The notes under the pieces were generated by a model. It was not told where the DNA came from. It did not search any database and was given only the letters and a program-made list of their open reading frames with translations. Shown piece after piece: positions 1-10,298 of a DNA stretch of 64,000 nt. Each line of letters opens with the position of its first letter. The stretch's first letter is position 1. The position numbers and the translations under genes were made by a program. Source of the stretch: an uncultured Pelagibacteraceae bacterium (GTDB lineage: Bacteria > Pseudomonadota > Alphaproteobacteria > Pelagibacterales > Pelagibacteraceae); NCBI GenBank assembly GCA_902592985.1, contig CACJGR010000002.1, forward strand, positions 65,800 to 129,799, read 5' to 3'.

Positions 1-957
1 AATAACTTGATAATATGGCACTTGCAAGGAAACCCCTGAAGTAGAAGAATTTCCCATTTGTGGAATTAAAAAACCAGACTTTCTTTTTACAGTAGGATCA
101 GGATGAAAGAATTTTGGAAAGTAGAAAATTGGCTTATCGTATATTTGTAGCCAGGCGTTTTTATAGTTTATAATTTTATTTTTTTTATCATGTTTAATTT
201 CAGAAGATTTAAGTGTCCATGGAGGACATTTTTTATTTTTTTTGCAAGTTGTAAAAATTCCGTTTTTGATAATTGTTTCTTCTTTATTTGCTAAAGCATA
301 ATTTCCTTTTAATCTAGGTTCATTTTCACTATTTCCAAAAACATCATTTCTGAAATCAATTTTAATATCTTTACCAACTACTTCATTTGTTTTTATATTA
401 ACCATAGATTCATTAAAACTATAATTATTTTTTTGATTATCCAAAAGATTGATTTTTTTACTTTTAAAAATTTTGTCTAAAACTAAAAAAGTGAAACTTT
501 CTGCGCTAAATTTGTTTTCAAAATTATCTTCTAGTGTTGCTAAGTTTTCTGATCTAATTATATTTTCTTTTTTAGAATATATGATATCGCTTGCATTTAT
601 TACATATTCATTATCAACATGTATTATAGTATTTCCTTTTGAAATGATTTCTTCTATATTTTTGTAATAGGTAATATTTTCACCTCCAATTTTTATATTA
701 TTTTCTCTATCAATTATTTTTATATTACCAATTAATGTAAGAACTAATTTAATTTTATCATAAGTACTTTCGTTAGCGGTAATTTCAATATTATTTGTTG
801 TAGATACTTTAACGCCATCTTTAGCATAGATTTTATTTCCGTTATTAGTTATTTCAATAACTGGACTTTCAAAAGTAAATTCTTCTGCATTAATATCGTA
901 GTAATTGATATTGATAAATAAACAGATAGTAAGAAAAAAAATAAATTTATTTTTCAT
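1..957 (-). CDS. lptD: LPS-assembly protein LptD (N-terminal part; runs off window start)
   Basis: Not in ORF track. Hand translation from ATG at 957: MKNKFIFFLTICLFININYYDINAEEFTFESPVIEITNNGNKI... and near base 1 TTCKKNKKCPPWTLKSSEIKHDK...PIFYFPKFFHPDPTVKRKSGFLIP, the LptD TTC/PPW/R-SGFL-P motifs. Directly downstream of lptFG. Confidence 0.9.
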   Translation of the reverse strand, partial: MKNKFIFFLTICLFININYYDINAEEFTFESPVIEITNNGNKIYAKDGVKVSTTNNIEITANESTYDKIKLVLTLIGNIKIIDRENNIKIGGENITYYKNIEEIISKGNTIIHVDNEYVINASDIIYSKKENIIRSENLATLEDNFENKFSAESFTFLVLDKIFKSKKINLLDNQKNNYSFNESMVNIKTNEVVGKDIKIDFRNDVFGNSENEPRLKGNYALANKEETIIKNGIFTTCKKNKKCPPWTLKSSEIKHDKKNKIINYKNAWLQIYDKPIFYFPKFFHPDPTVKRKSGFLIPQMGNSSTSGVSLQVPYYQVI

Positions 958-2032
958 TTATTCTAATTAGTCCTATAGAGGATATAATGGTAAGCAAAAT
1001 TAATGGCATCCAAATAGAAACTGTTATTGGTATTGTTTCACTCTTTCCCAATACACCTAGAAAATAATGAATATAGTAAATTATTACAGATAATAATATT
1101 CCAAAAATTAAATGAACTACTTTTGGCTTGTCATATTTTATGTTCATCATAATTGTTGCTGATAAAATTGTCATAATCATTAGATATATTGGGTATGAAA
1201 AAATCTTTTGAATATGTGAATTAATTTCAGTAGTTGAGTAATTCATAGCATCGTAATCTTTTTTAATTTTATTTAACTCAAGCATATTTAAAGAAGAAAA
1301 ATTTGAAAAAAGGTTATTTATTTTTTCATAATCAAAATTTGTTTGAAATTTTAAATTATTTAAACTTTTTTCAAGACTGTCATATTTAGAAAGTATAGCG
1401 CTATCAATATGCCAAATATTATTTGTAATATCTACCTCATTAGCATTAATAATTTGTAATAAGGTGAAATTTTTATCAAATTGTAAAATGTCAACGTTGA
1501 TGAGTTTGTTTTCGTCAATTTTTTCCGCATTTACAATATTTATATTTTTATTTATCTCATCTTTTATCCAAAGACCATTTTCTGTTACTGCTGCTAAATA
1601 TTTATTGTCTTTAGTATATTCATTTTTTATCTCAAGATATAAAAATTTCATACTTGCTGAAACATTATAAAATACAACTACTATAAATATCCCCATTAAT
1701 AATGTTGTAAAAGAAATTAACTTTAATACTTTTGTATTATCTAAACCAAAATTTTTAAAAGCTATTAATTCATGTCTATCGGCTAATTTGATAAAGAAAA
1801 ATTGAGTACTTATCAAAAAAATAAATGGAAATATTTCATACAAAACAGACGGTACATTTAACAATGTTAATAAAAATGGAACAAGGAAACTAATTTCAAT
1901 ATCTTTAAAAAAAGAAATTTCTTCAAATATACTTAAAACAAAAGCAAGACTAAAAAAAATAGCAAAAATTTTTCCAAGTGTATTTAAAAAATTATTAACA
2001 ATATATTGTTGATATACTTTGAGATAAATCAT
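947..2032 (-). CDS. lptG: LPS export ABC permease LptG
   Basis: 361 aa, 3 TM + periplasmic domain + 3 TM; ELIAFKNFG and GLWIKD motifs; lptF-lptG-lptD synteny. Confidence 0.88.
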   Translation of the reverse strand: MIYLKVYQQYIVNNFLNTLGKIFAIFFSLAFVLSIFEEISFFKDIEISFLVPFLLTLLNVPSVLYEIFPFIFLISTQFFFIKLADRHELIAFKNFGLDNTKVLKLISFTTLLMGIFIVVVFYNVSASMKFLYLEIKNEYTKDNKYLAAVTENGLWIKDEINKNINIVNAEKIDENKLINVDILQFDKNFTLLQIINANEVDITNNIWHIDSAILSKYDSLEKSLNNLKFQTNFDYEKINNLFSNFSSLNMLELNKIKKDYDAMNYSTTEINSHIQKIFSYPIYLMIMTILSATIMMNIKYDKPKVVHLIFGILLSVIIYYIHYFLGVLGKSETIPITVSIWMPLILLTIISSIGLIRINEK

Positions 2033-3160
2033 TTATTTTTCAAATTTTAGTTGATTGTTAAAGATTGCACGTGTTGAAAGAAATAAAATAATTGGCGTTA
2101 AAATAAAAATCAGATTATTTTTATTACTAAGTCCAGCATAACGTATTGATACCTCAGATATAATTAAAAATATAATTCCAATTACAAATAATTTAAATTT
2201 AAAGTTTGAATATTCATGATTATCTTTTGATTTTAATATTAAAAAACATGCTACCAATGCTAATAAAGGCAAATAAAGAGGTAAGCAAGTTCTTTTTAGA
2301 AGTTCTTGTTTTATATTTTTTAAATAACCCTCTTCACAATGCATATTTTCAGAATATAAAAATTTAATATTTTCATCTATTAAGGATTGTGCACAATTAA
2401 ATAACTTTAGTGTTGATTGTTCTTGAACTTTTGGAAAGGTGGTAGATTTAGTTGAAAATTTATTTAAATCAAATTCTGTTTTTTTAAAATTAAATATTGT
2501 TGTACGACCTTTAACACTTATATTGATTATTTTTCCGTTATTAAGAATTAAAAATTTATTATCACCAGACTGAATTATTTTTCCATTTTTTGCAAAAATG
2601 ATTTGTGACCTACCTGCATTTAGATTATCTTTTAATATTATGTTTCTTAGAGATCCATCATTATCTTTTGAATTTGCGAAAATTGTTAAATCTTCAACAG
2701 TATCAACGAATTTTTTTGGCTTAATAAGTGAAGGAAAAAAATCAATATTTGAATCTCTAATATAAGATCTAGCTTTATTTTGAGACTCAGGAACAATTAT
2801 TGTTGTAAAAAAGATTTGTATTAGAAAAAAAATTAAAGAATATTTAATAACTATATTTAGAAATTTTTTTTTATCAATTCCATTTGACCAAAAAATTAAT
2901 AACTGGTTTTTTTCTTCATACTTTATAATAATGTAAAATATAGATATGAAAAACATAAGTGGCAAAACTCTACTAAAAATTTTTGGTAAAATTAAAATGG
3001 TATAGAAAAAATAAACTTTAAAATTATGACCATCTTCTGAGACGAAGTCCAAGTAGTTAACAGCCTGAATGATCCAGATAATTAATGCAATTGATACACT
3101 TGCAAGTATAAAAAAAAACGATATTTCTCTTAAAAAACTTTTAAAAATAATTTTTTCCAT
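2033..3160 (-). CDS. lptF: LPS export ABC permease LptF (start likely ATG 3160, MEKIIFK, rather than 3223)
   Basis: YjgP/YjgQ topology; divergent from pepA as in most proteobacteria. Confidence 0.85.
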   Translation of the reverse strand: MEKIIFKSFLREISFFFILASVSIALIIWIIQAVNYLDFVSEDGHNFKVYFFYTILILPKIFSRVLPLMFFISIFYIIIKYEEKNQLLIFWSNGIDKKKFLNIVIKYSLIFFLIQIFFTTIIVPESQNKARSYIRDSNIDFFPSLIKPKKFVDTVEDLTIFANSKDNDGSLRNIILKDNLNAGRSQIIFAKNGKIIQSGDNKFLILNNGKIINISVKGRTTIFNFKKTEFDLNKFSTKSTTFPKVQEQSTLKLFNCAQSLIDENIKFLYSENMHCEEGYLKNIKQELLKRTCLPLYLPLLALVACFLILKSKDNHEYSNFKFKLFVIGIIFLIISEVSIRYAGLSNKNNLIFILTPIILFLSTRAIFNNQLKFEK

Positions 3161-3327
3161 TGAAATTTCATGTTTTTTTACATATATAGCATGCAACTTA
3201 AAGGATATATAATTATAGAGCACATCTTTTAGAACAAAACAAGAACATTATATAAATTATGGCATTTTACTTATATAAAACTAGGATTATCTTTCCTTAT
3301 TCACACAAAGTTTATATTTAGAAATTT

Positions 3328-4779
3328 ATGACAGTACAAATTCTCTATAAAAATAATGATAATTCAAACAATCAAGTGTTATTTGTGGAAGAAAAATACA
3401 ATATAAGCAGTATAAAAAAACTCATTTCTAGTGCTGAATTTTCTTATATCAAAGAAATATTAAAAAATAATGATTTAAAGAAGAAAATATTAAGCCTGGA
3501 TTTAAACTCCAAAAAAAGACTAATTTTAGTATCTGTTAAAAAAAAACTAGAAAGTTCTGATATAGAAAATCTTGGTGCTGATTTTTACAATTATATTAAA
3601 AGCATAAATATAAATAAATTATCAATAATTTCTAGTACCTTAAATTCTAGATTTGAAAAGAATTTTATTGGTCATTTTTTACATGGTTTAAAATTGAAAT
3701 CCTATGAGTTTAATATTTATAAAACAAAAAAGGAAAAAAAAATAATTCTTATAAATGTAATTGGTAAAAAAAATAGTTTAACAATTAGAAATGAGTTAAA
3801 ATTTAAGGCATTAGAAGAGGGAACATTTTTTACTAGAGATCTAGTATCAGAACCTGGAAATATTTTACATCCAGATGAATATGCAAAAAGATTAATTAAA
3901 TTAAGAAAATATGGATTAAAAGTTACAATTTATAATAAGAAAAAATTAAAAAAATTGGGTTTAAATGCATTATTAGGAGTAGGGCAGGGAAGTATTAGAG
4001 GAACTTATCTTGTAACTATTGAATGGAAAGGATCTAAATCAAAATCAAAACCTTTAAGTTTTGTTGGCAAAGGAGTTTGTTTTGATACAGGAGGTATATC
4101 TTTAAAACCTGCAAAATTTATGGAAGATATGACATATGATATGGCAGGATCAGCTGTAGTAGTTGGATTGATGAAAAATTTTGCAATAAGAAAAGCAAAA
4201 ATAAATGCCGTTGGGGTTGTGGGACTTGTTGAAAATATGCCAGGTGGAAATGCACAAAGACCAGGTGATATAGTTAAATCATATAGTGGTAAGACTATAG
4301 AGGTTCTAAACACTGACGCAGAAGGAAGATTAGTTTTAGCGGACGCTTTAACCTTTACAGAAAAAAAATTCAAACCGCAACTAATGGTAGATCTAGCGAC
4401 ATTAACAGGAGCTATAATTGTTAGTTTAGGATCTGAATACGCAGGACTTTTTTCAAATGACGACAAACTATCAAAACAGATCTTTGATGCTGGAGAAAAA
4501 GTTGGTGAAAAAGTATGGAGATTACCATTACATAAAAACTACGATAAACTTATGGACTCAAAAACTGCGGATATGCAAAATATAAATTATGTAGGAGGTG
4601 CTGGCTCAACAACAGCAGCACAATTTTTACAAAGATTTATAATTAATAAAACACCTTGGGCCCATCTTGATATAGCTGGAATGGCTTTTTCAAAATATGG
4701 GGGTGCTTTAAATCCAAGTGGCGCTACAGGTTATGGTGTAAGATTATTAAATAAATTTGTAGAAGACAACTATGAGTAA
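3328..4779 (+). CDS. pepA: Leucyl aminopeptidase (M17)
   Basis: VGKGVCFDTGG, DMAG, NTDAEGRL, ATLTG, WAHLDIAG motifs. Confidence 0.97.
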   Translation: MTVQILYKNNDNSNNQVLFVEEKYNISSIKKLISSAEFSYIKEILKNNDLKKKILSLDLNSKKRLILVSVKKKLESSDIENLGADFYNYIKSININKLSIISSTLNSRFEKNFIGHFLHGLKLKSYEFNIYKTKKEKKIILINVIGKKNSLTIRNELKFKALEEGTFFTRDLVSEPGNILHPDEYAKRLIKLRKYGLKVTIYNKKKLKKLGLNALLGVGQGSIRGTYLVTIEWKGSKSKSKPLSFVGKGVCFDTGGISLKPAKFMEDMTYDMAGSAVVVGLMKNFAIRKAKINAVGVVGLVENMPGGNAQRPGDIVKSYSGKTIEVLNTDAEGRLVLADALTFTEKKFKPQLMVDLATLTGAIIVSLGSEYAGLFSNDDKLSKQIFDAGEKVGEKVWRLPLHKNYDKLMDSKTADMQNINYVGGAGSTTAAQFLQRFIINKTPWAHLDIAGMAFSKYGGALNPSGATGYGVRLLNKFVEDNYE

Positions 4780-5182
4780 TATTGAACAGACACTATCAAT
4801 TATTAAGCCAGATGCAGTTGAAAGAAATTTAGAAAATGAAATTAAAGAAATGTTTAAGAACACAGGATTTAATATTCACAAAGAAAAAAAAATACAAATA
4901 ACAAAATTAGAAGCAGAACAATTCTATAAGGTTCACGAAACAAAGCCATTTTATAATGATTTATGCACATATTTATCATCTGGACCAATTGTAGTTATGA
5001 TACTTGAGCATGAACATGCTGTATTACGAAATAGAGATTTAATGGGAGCAACCAACCCAAAAAATGCTGAAGAAGGAACAATAAGAAAAAAATATGGAAT
5101 TTCTATAGATAAGAATTCCGTACACGGTTCTGATAGTATTGAAAATGCAAAAATAGAAATTGATTTTTTCTTTAAAGATTAA
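4772..5182 (+). CDS. ndk: Nucleoside diphosphate kinase
   Basis: TLSIIKPDAV, GATNP, NSVHGSDS motifs. Confidence 0.97.
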   Translation: MSNIEQTLSIIKPDAVERNLENEIKEMFKNTGFNIHKEKKIQITKLEAEQFYKVHETKPFYNDLCTYLSSGPIVVMILEHEHAVLRNRDLMGATNPKNAEEGTIRKKYGISIDKNSVHGSDSIENAKIEIDFFFKD

Positions 5183-5757
5183 TTGTAAATTTTTTTTATA
5201 GCAGCTGGATAAAGTAAATGTTCTTTTTTTAGAACTTTTTTTGAAAGTGAATCAACAGTATCATTTTTTTTAATTTTGACTTTTTTTTGCATAATTATTT
5301 TACCAGAATCAATTTTTGCTGTTACAAAATGAACTGAGCAGCCAGCATATTTATCATTATTTTCAATAGCCTTTTTGTGTGTATTTAATCCTTTATATTT
5401 TGGCAACAGGGAAGGATGGATATTAATAATTTTTCCTTTAAATTTCTTGATAAAATTTCTTGATAAAATTCTCATAAATCCAGCCAAACAAATTAAATTT
5501 ATATTCTTTTTTAGTAAAATTTTAAAAATTTTTTTTTCAGCTAGTTTTTTATTTTTAAAAAAAATTACTTTCTTTTGAATATTATATTTTTTAGAATACC
5601 TTAAACCTTTGGCATAGCTTGTATTTGAAATAATCAAGTTTAATGAAATTGGAGAAATTTTTTTTTTAGAAAATTTTATTAGATTTTCTAAATTACTTCC
5701 TTTACCAGAAATAAAAACAGCAGCTTTAGTCTTTTTAAGACCAATTAATTTTTTCAT
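5179..5757 (-). CDS. purN: Phosphoribosylglycinamide formyltransferase
   Basis: ISGKGSNL, LAGFMRIL, NIHPSLLP motifs. Confidence 0.96.
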   Translation of the reverse strand: MKKLIGLKKTKAAVFISGKGSNLENLIKFSKKKISPISLNLIISNTSYAKGLRYSKKYNIQKKVIFFKNKKLAEKKIFKILLKKNINLICLAGFMRILSRNFIKKFKGKIINIHPSLLPKYKGLNTHKKAIENNDKYAGCSVHFVTAKIDSGKIIMQKKVKIKKNDTVDSLSKKVLKKEHLLYPAAIKKIYN

Positions 5758-6763
5758 TCAGTTTAATTTTGTTTTTACCTGAAATAACTTTGCCTATAAC
5801 ATATGGCTTATACTCGTCAGAGAAAAATTTTTTAACTTTATCTAAATTTTTGGGATCAATTATAAGACAAAATCCGACACCACAATTAAATGTTCTTAAC
5901 ATTTCTTTGTCTGCAATATTATTTTCTTTAAGCCATTTAAATATTTTTTTAGTTTTTATTTTTTTTAAATTAATATTAGCTGTTAATCTGTCAGGAATAA
6001 TTCTTTTGATATTATCATTAATACCACCTCCAGTTATATTAGCACAACCATTTATAAGATTGTTTTTGATTAAACTTAAAACTTCCTTAACATAAATTTT
6101 AGTTGGTTTTAAAAGTTCTTTTTTAAGAAATTTTGTTTTTTTTAAATTAATTTTTTTTTTATCAAGTATGTCTCTAATTAAGGAATATCCATTTGCATGA
6201 ACGCCACTAGATGGAATTGCTAAAATTAAATTACTTTTTGCAATTTTTTTTTTATTTAAAATTTTTTTTTCATCTACTACACCTACAGAAAATCCAGCTA
6301 TATCAAATTTGCCTTTTTCATAAGTCCCTGGCATTTCAGCAGTTTCACCTCCAACTAATTCACAATCCGATATTTTGCAACCTTTGATAATTCCTTTAAT
6401 AATAGATTTAAGTTTTTTTAAATTTATTTTATTTATTGAAATATAATCTAAAAATAATAGGGGCTTTGCGCCTTGAACAATAAGATCATTCACACACATT
6501 GCCACTAAATCAATACCAATGGTATCATATTTATTTAATTTATTAGCTATTTCAATTTTTGTACCCACACCATCAGTGCTGGCAACGATTTTTGGCTTTT
6601 TAAAATTTTTTGGTATATCTGAAATTGAGCCAAAACCACCAATATTTTTAAACTTTTTATTGCCTTTATTTTTTGATGAAATATTGGATATAAATTTAAC
6701 AAAATTATCAGCAGCATTTATATTTACGCCACTTTTTTCATATGTAAATTTATGTTTTTTCAT
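5735..6763 (-). CDS. purM: AIR synthetase
   Basis: TDGVGTK, DLVAMCVND, GGETAEMPG, TFNCGVG motifs. Confidence 0.97.
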   Translation of the reverse strand: MKKHKFTYEKSGVNINAADNFVKFISNISSKNKGNKKFKNIGGFGSISDIPKNFKKPKIVASTDGVGTKIEIANKLNKYDTIGIDLVAMCVNDLIVQGAKPLLFLDYISINKINLKKLKSIIKGIIKGCKISDCELVGGETAEMPGTYEKGKFDIAGFSVGVVDEKKILNKKKIAKSNLILAIPSSGVHANGYSLIRDILDKKKINLKKTKFLKKELLKPTKIYVKEVLSLIKNNLINGCANITGGGINDNIKRIIPDRLTANINLKKIKTKKIFKWLKENNIADKEMLRTFNCGVGFCLIIDPKNLDKVKKFFSDEYKPYVIGKVISGKNKIKLNEKINWS

Positions 6764-6774
6764 TAGTATAAAAT

Positions 6775-7851
6775 ATGCAAATTAAAAAAAAATTAAACAA
6801 CTTGAATAAAGTATATATAATTTTTTTTTATTTCGTTCTATTTATAAATGTTATTTTCACGACATCTTTAAAAGCGGATTCTTTCAAAATAACTAATCTT
6901 GAGATTTCAGAACCTTTTGAGCTTAACTTTAATAAAGAAAAAGTTATAGACAAAGGTTTCAAAATAGCTTTCTTTGAATTAGCATCTATGATTACAACTT
7001 CAGGTGATAAAAATAAAATTGAAAATACATCTTTATCAACAATTAAAGGTCTTATCGATTCTTTTACAATGAGCGATGAACGATTTGTAAATAATGAATA
7101 TCATGTAAAATTTGATGTAAATTTTAATAAAAAAAATACTTTAAATTTTTTTGAAAGTGAAAATATTTTTCCATCAATTCCTAAGGCAAAAGATATATTG
7201 TTAATTCCAGTTATGGTTGATTTACAGCTAGATCAAATTTCATTATTTAATAATATTTTTTATAAAAAATGGAATAATAATCATGAAAGATATTATTTAT
7301 TAAATTACATATTACCAAGTGAAGATTTAGAGGATGTTGATATTCTTTCACAAAATAGTCAATCAATTGAAGAATATGATTTTAAAAAAGTAATAAGAAA
7401 GTATGATTTAAATAATTTTATAATAACAATAATATATAAAAATAATGATGAAATAACAGTATTATCTAAAATTCAATTGAATCAGTCTTTTAAAGTTGAC
7501 AATCAAAAATTTGAAACAATAGATTTACATAAAGAAAAAGATCTTAACTTGATATTAGTTAACTTAAAAACTACATACGAAAACTATTGGAAAAATATTA
7601 ATCAAATAAATACATCAATAAAACTTCCATTAACAATTTCTATCAATGCTGCTCAACATAAAAAAGTTCAAATCTTAGAAAATTGTTTAGATGAACTAGA
7701 TTTGGTTTCTAATTTTGAAATTTTAAGATTAAATAATAATAATATTTATTTTAAGGTTGTTTACAATGGAGCACCTAATAGGTTTATTAGAGAAATTAAA
7801 TTGAAAGGAATTAAAATTAATACACAAAATCAGATTTGGGAAGTAGAATGA
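6775..7851 (+). CDS. Exported conserved protein (DUF2066-like)
   Basis: N-terminal signal/TM segment; position divergent from purM and upstream of hda is typical of DUF2066 in alphaproteobacteria. Confidence 0.6.
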   Translation: MQIKKKLNNLNKVYIIFFYFVLFINVIFTTSLKADSFKITNLEISEPFELNFNKEKVIDKGFKIAFFELASMITTSGDKNKIENTSLSTIKGLIDSFTMSDERFVNNEYHVKFDVNFNKKNTLNFFESENIFPSIPKAKDILLIPVMVDLQLDQISLFNNIFYKKWNNNHERYYLLNYILPSEDLEDVDILSQNSQSIEEYDFKKVIRKYDLNNFIITIIYKNNDEITVLSKIQLNQSFKVDNQKFETIDLHKEKDLNLILVNLKTTYENYWKNINQINTSIKLPLTISINAAQHKKVQILENCLDELDLVSNFEILRLNNNNIYFKVVYNGAPNRFIREIKLKGIKINTQNQIWEVE

Positions 7852-8510
7852 AAGATTTAAATCAACTTTTATTAAATTTTGAATATAAACAAAATTTTAA
7901 AGATGAAGATTTTTATGTTAGTGCTAGCAATTATTACGCTTTTACATTAATTAATAACTGGCCAAAATGGGAAAAAAATTTTTTAAATATATGTGGAGAA
8001 AAATATTCAGGAAAAACACATTTAATTAATATTTTTTTAAAAAAATTTAAAGGTATTAAAATTAATGCAAACTCATTCGAAAATAAAAATTTAAATGAGA
8101 TAAAGATATATGAAAATATTATACTAGATAATTTTGACCGAAATATAAATGAAAATTTAATTTACTCTTTATTTAATATTATAGATCAAGATAACAAATA
8201 TTTAATTATAAATTCTTTAACTCCAATTAGTGGAATGAATTTTAAACTAAATGATTTAAAATCAAGAACTAAAAATTGTTTAGTTGCTAAAATTGATAAA
8301 CCAGATGATGAATTAATGTTTGCCCTTATTTTGAAAAACTTTTCAGATCGTCAAATTGTGATAGATAAAAAATTGATTAATTTTATCATTAAAAGAGTTG
8401 ATAGATCATATGACAAAATATTCGAATTCATATATAAAATTGACGAGATAAGTTTAAAAAAAAAAAAATCAATTGATTTTAAAATTATTAAAGAAGTATT
8501 AAAGGCATAG
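7848..8510 (+). CDS. hda: DnaA regulatory inactivator HdaA/Hda (start likely ATG 7848)
   Basis: NQLLLNF clamp-binding-like motif, Walker A GEKYSGKT, DLKSR box, PDDE; ATGA overlap with the upstream stop. Confidence 0.85.
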   Translation: MKDLNQLLLNFEYKQNFKDEDFYVSASNYYAFTLINNWPKWEKNFLNICGEKYSGKTHLINIFLKKFKGIKINANSFENKNLNEIKIYENIILDNFDRNINENLIYSLFNIIDQDNKYLIINSLTPISGMNFKLNDLKSRTKNCLVAKIDKPDDELMFALILKNFSDRQIVIDKKLINFIIKRVDRSYDKIFEFIYKIDEISLKKKKSIDFKIIKEVLKA

Positions 8511-8511
8511 A

Positions 8512-10296
8512 TTGAACAAGTATAGAACACATAACTGTACAGAATTAACCAAAAAAAATAAAAATCAAGAAATTATTTTATCAGGCTGGATAAATAAAAA
8601 ACGTGACCATGGAAATCTCTTATTTATTGATTTAAGAGATAATTATGGAGTAACACAATGTGTAATTGATAAAAGTAATAAATTTTTTAATGAATTAGAA
8701 AAAATCCAACTTGAAAGTGTTATAAAAATTAATGGAAAAGTTGTTGAAAGAAGTAAAGAAACAATTAATTCAGATCTTAAAACTGGTGAAATAGAAGTAA
8801 ATATTATCTCATTTGAAACACTTGGACACTGCATGGAATTACCCATGCCTGTCTTTAGTGATCAAGATTATGCTGAGGAGATCAGACTAAAATATAGATT
8901 TTTGGATTTGAGAAGAAAAAAAATTCATGAAAATATTATTTTAAGATCTAAAGTAATTTCATTCATAAGAAATAAAATGTCTGAACTGGGTTTTTTGGAA
9001 TTTCAAACTCCAATATTAACATCTTCAAGTCCAGAAGGAGCGAGAGATTTTTTAGTTCCTAGCAGACTAAACCCTGGAAAATTTTATGCACTTCCTCAAG
9101 CACCACAGCAATTTAAGCAACTTGTTATGGTGTCTGGATTTGATAAGTACTTTCAAATTGCGCCTTGTTTTAGAGATGAAGATGCTAGAGCCGACCGTAG
9201 TCCAGGTGAATTTTATCAGCTAGATTTAGAAATGTCATTTGTTGAACAAGAAGATGTATTTAATGTTGTTGAGAAGCTAATGATTAGTTTGTTTAAAAAT
9301 TTTTCATCCAAAAAATTACTTCATGAAAAATTTCCTAGAATTTCTTATGAAAAAGTAATGCTTAAATATGGAACAGACAAACCAGATTTAAGAAATCCTT
9401 TGCTAATAAACGACATAACAAATATTTTTACTCGAGAAGATGTTAAATTTGATATTTTTAAAAAGTTAGTAAAATCAGGTTCAAAAGTGAGATCAATTGT
9501 AACAAAAAAAACTAAAAATAAACCTCGTAGCTTTTTTGATAATATTGATAAATGGGCTAAAGAACTGGGTGCTTCAGGCCTTGCTTATTTTACAATTGAA
9601 AAGGACCAAAAAATTTCAGCAAAAGGTCCTGTTGGTAAATTTTTTTCAGAAGATTCACTTATGGATATAATGAAAATTACTAATGCCGAAGTAGGAGACA
9701 GTCTATTTCTTGCATGTGAAAAACTTAAAGAAGTTGAAAAAATTTCTTCTCTTGCAAGAGATAAAATAGCATATGAATTAAATTTAATTGATGAAAGTAA
9801 ATTTGCTTTTTGTTGGATAGTTGATTACCCAATGTTTGAAAAAGATGAAGTAACTAATAAAGTTAAATTTAGTCATAATCCATTTTCAATGCCTCAAGGA
9901 GATATTAAAAATATAGATTTTAAAAAACCATTGAATATTAAAGCATATCAATATGACATTGTTTGTAATGGTGTTGAGTTATCTTCTGGAGCAATTAGAA
10001 ACCATATACCAGAATTAATGTATAAGTTATTTTCAATAGTTGGATATGATAAAAATCAAGTTGATGAAAAATTTGGTGGAATGATAAATGCATTAAGTTA
10101 TGGAGCTCCACCACATGGAGGTATCGCTCCAGGAATAGATAGAATAGTTATGTTGTTAGCAGGAGAGAAAAATATTAGAGAAGTAACCATGTTTCCAATG
10201 AATCAGAATGCTCAAGACCTAATGATGAATGCTCCTTCCAAGGTATCCGAGGAACAGCTTAAAGAACTAAATTTGGATTTAAAAAAGAAAAAATAG
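8512..10296 (+). CDS. aspS: Aspartate-tRNA ligase, probably non-discriminating Asp/Asn type (TTG start)
   Basis: YRTHNC, RDHG, SPEGARDF, FRDEDARADR, GAPPHGGIAPGIDR motifs. Confidence 0.97.
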   Translation: MNKYRTHNCTELTKKNKNQEIILSGWINKKRDHGNLLFIDLRDNYGVTQCVIDKSNKFFNELEKIQLESVIKINGKVVERSKETINSDLKTGEIEVNIISFETLGHCMELPMPVFSDQDYAEEIRLKYRFLDLRRKKIHENIILRSKVISFIRNKMSELGFLEFQTPILTSSSPEGARDFLVPSRLNPGKFYALPQAPQQFKQLVMVSGFDKYFQIAPCFRDEDARADRSPGEFYQLDLEMSFVEQEDVFNVVEKLMISLFKNFSSKKLLHEKFPRISYEKVMLKYGTDKPDLRNPLLINDITNIFTREDVKFDIFKKLVKSGSKVRSIVTKKTKNKPRSFFDNIDKWAKELGASGLAYFTIEKDQKISAKGPVGKFFSEDSLMDIMKITNAEVGDSLFLACEKLKEVEKISSLARDKIAYELNLIDESKFAFCWIVDYPMFEKDEVTNKVKFSHNPFSMPQGDIKNIDFKKPLNIKAYQYDIVCNGVELSSGAIRNHIPELMYKLFSIVGYDKNQVDEKFGGMINALSYGAPPHGGIAPGIDRIVMLLAGEKNIREVTMFPMNQNAQDLMMNAPSKVSEEQLKELNLDLKKKK

Positions 10297-10298
10297 TT

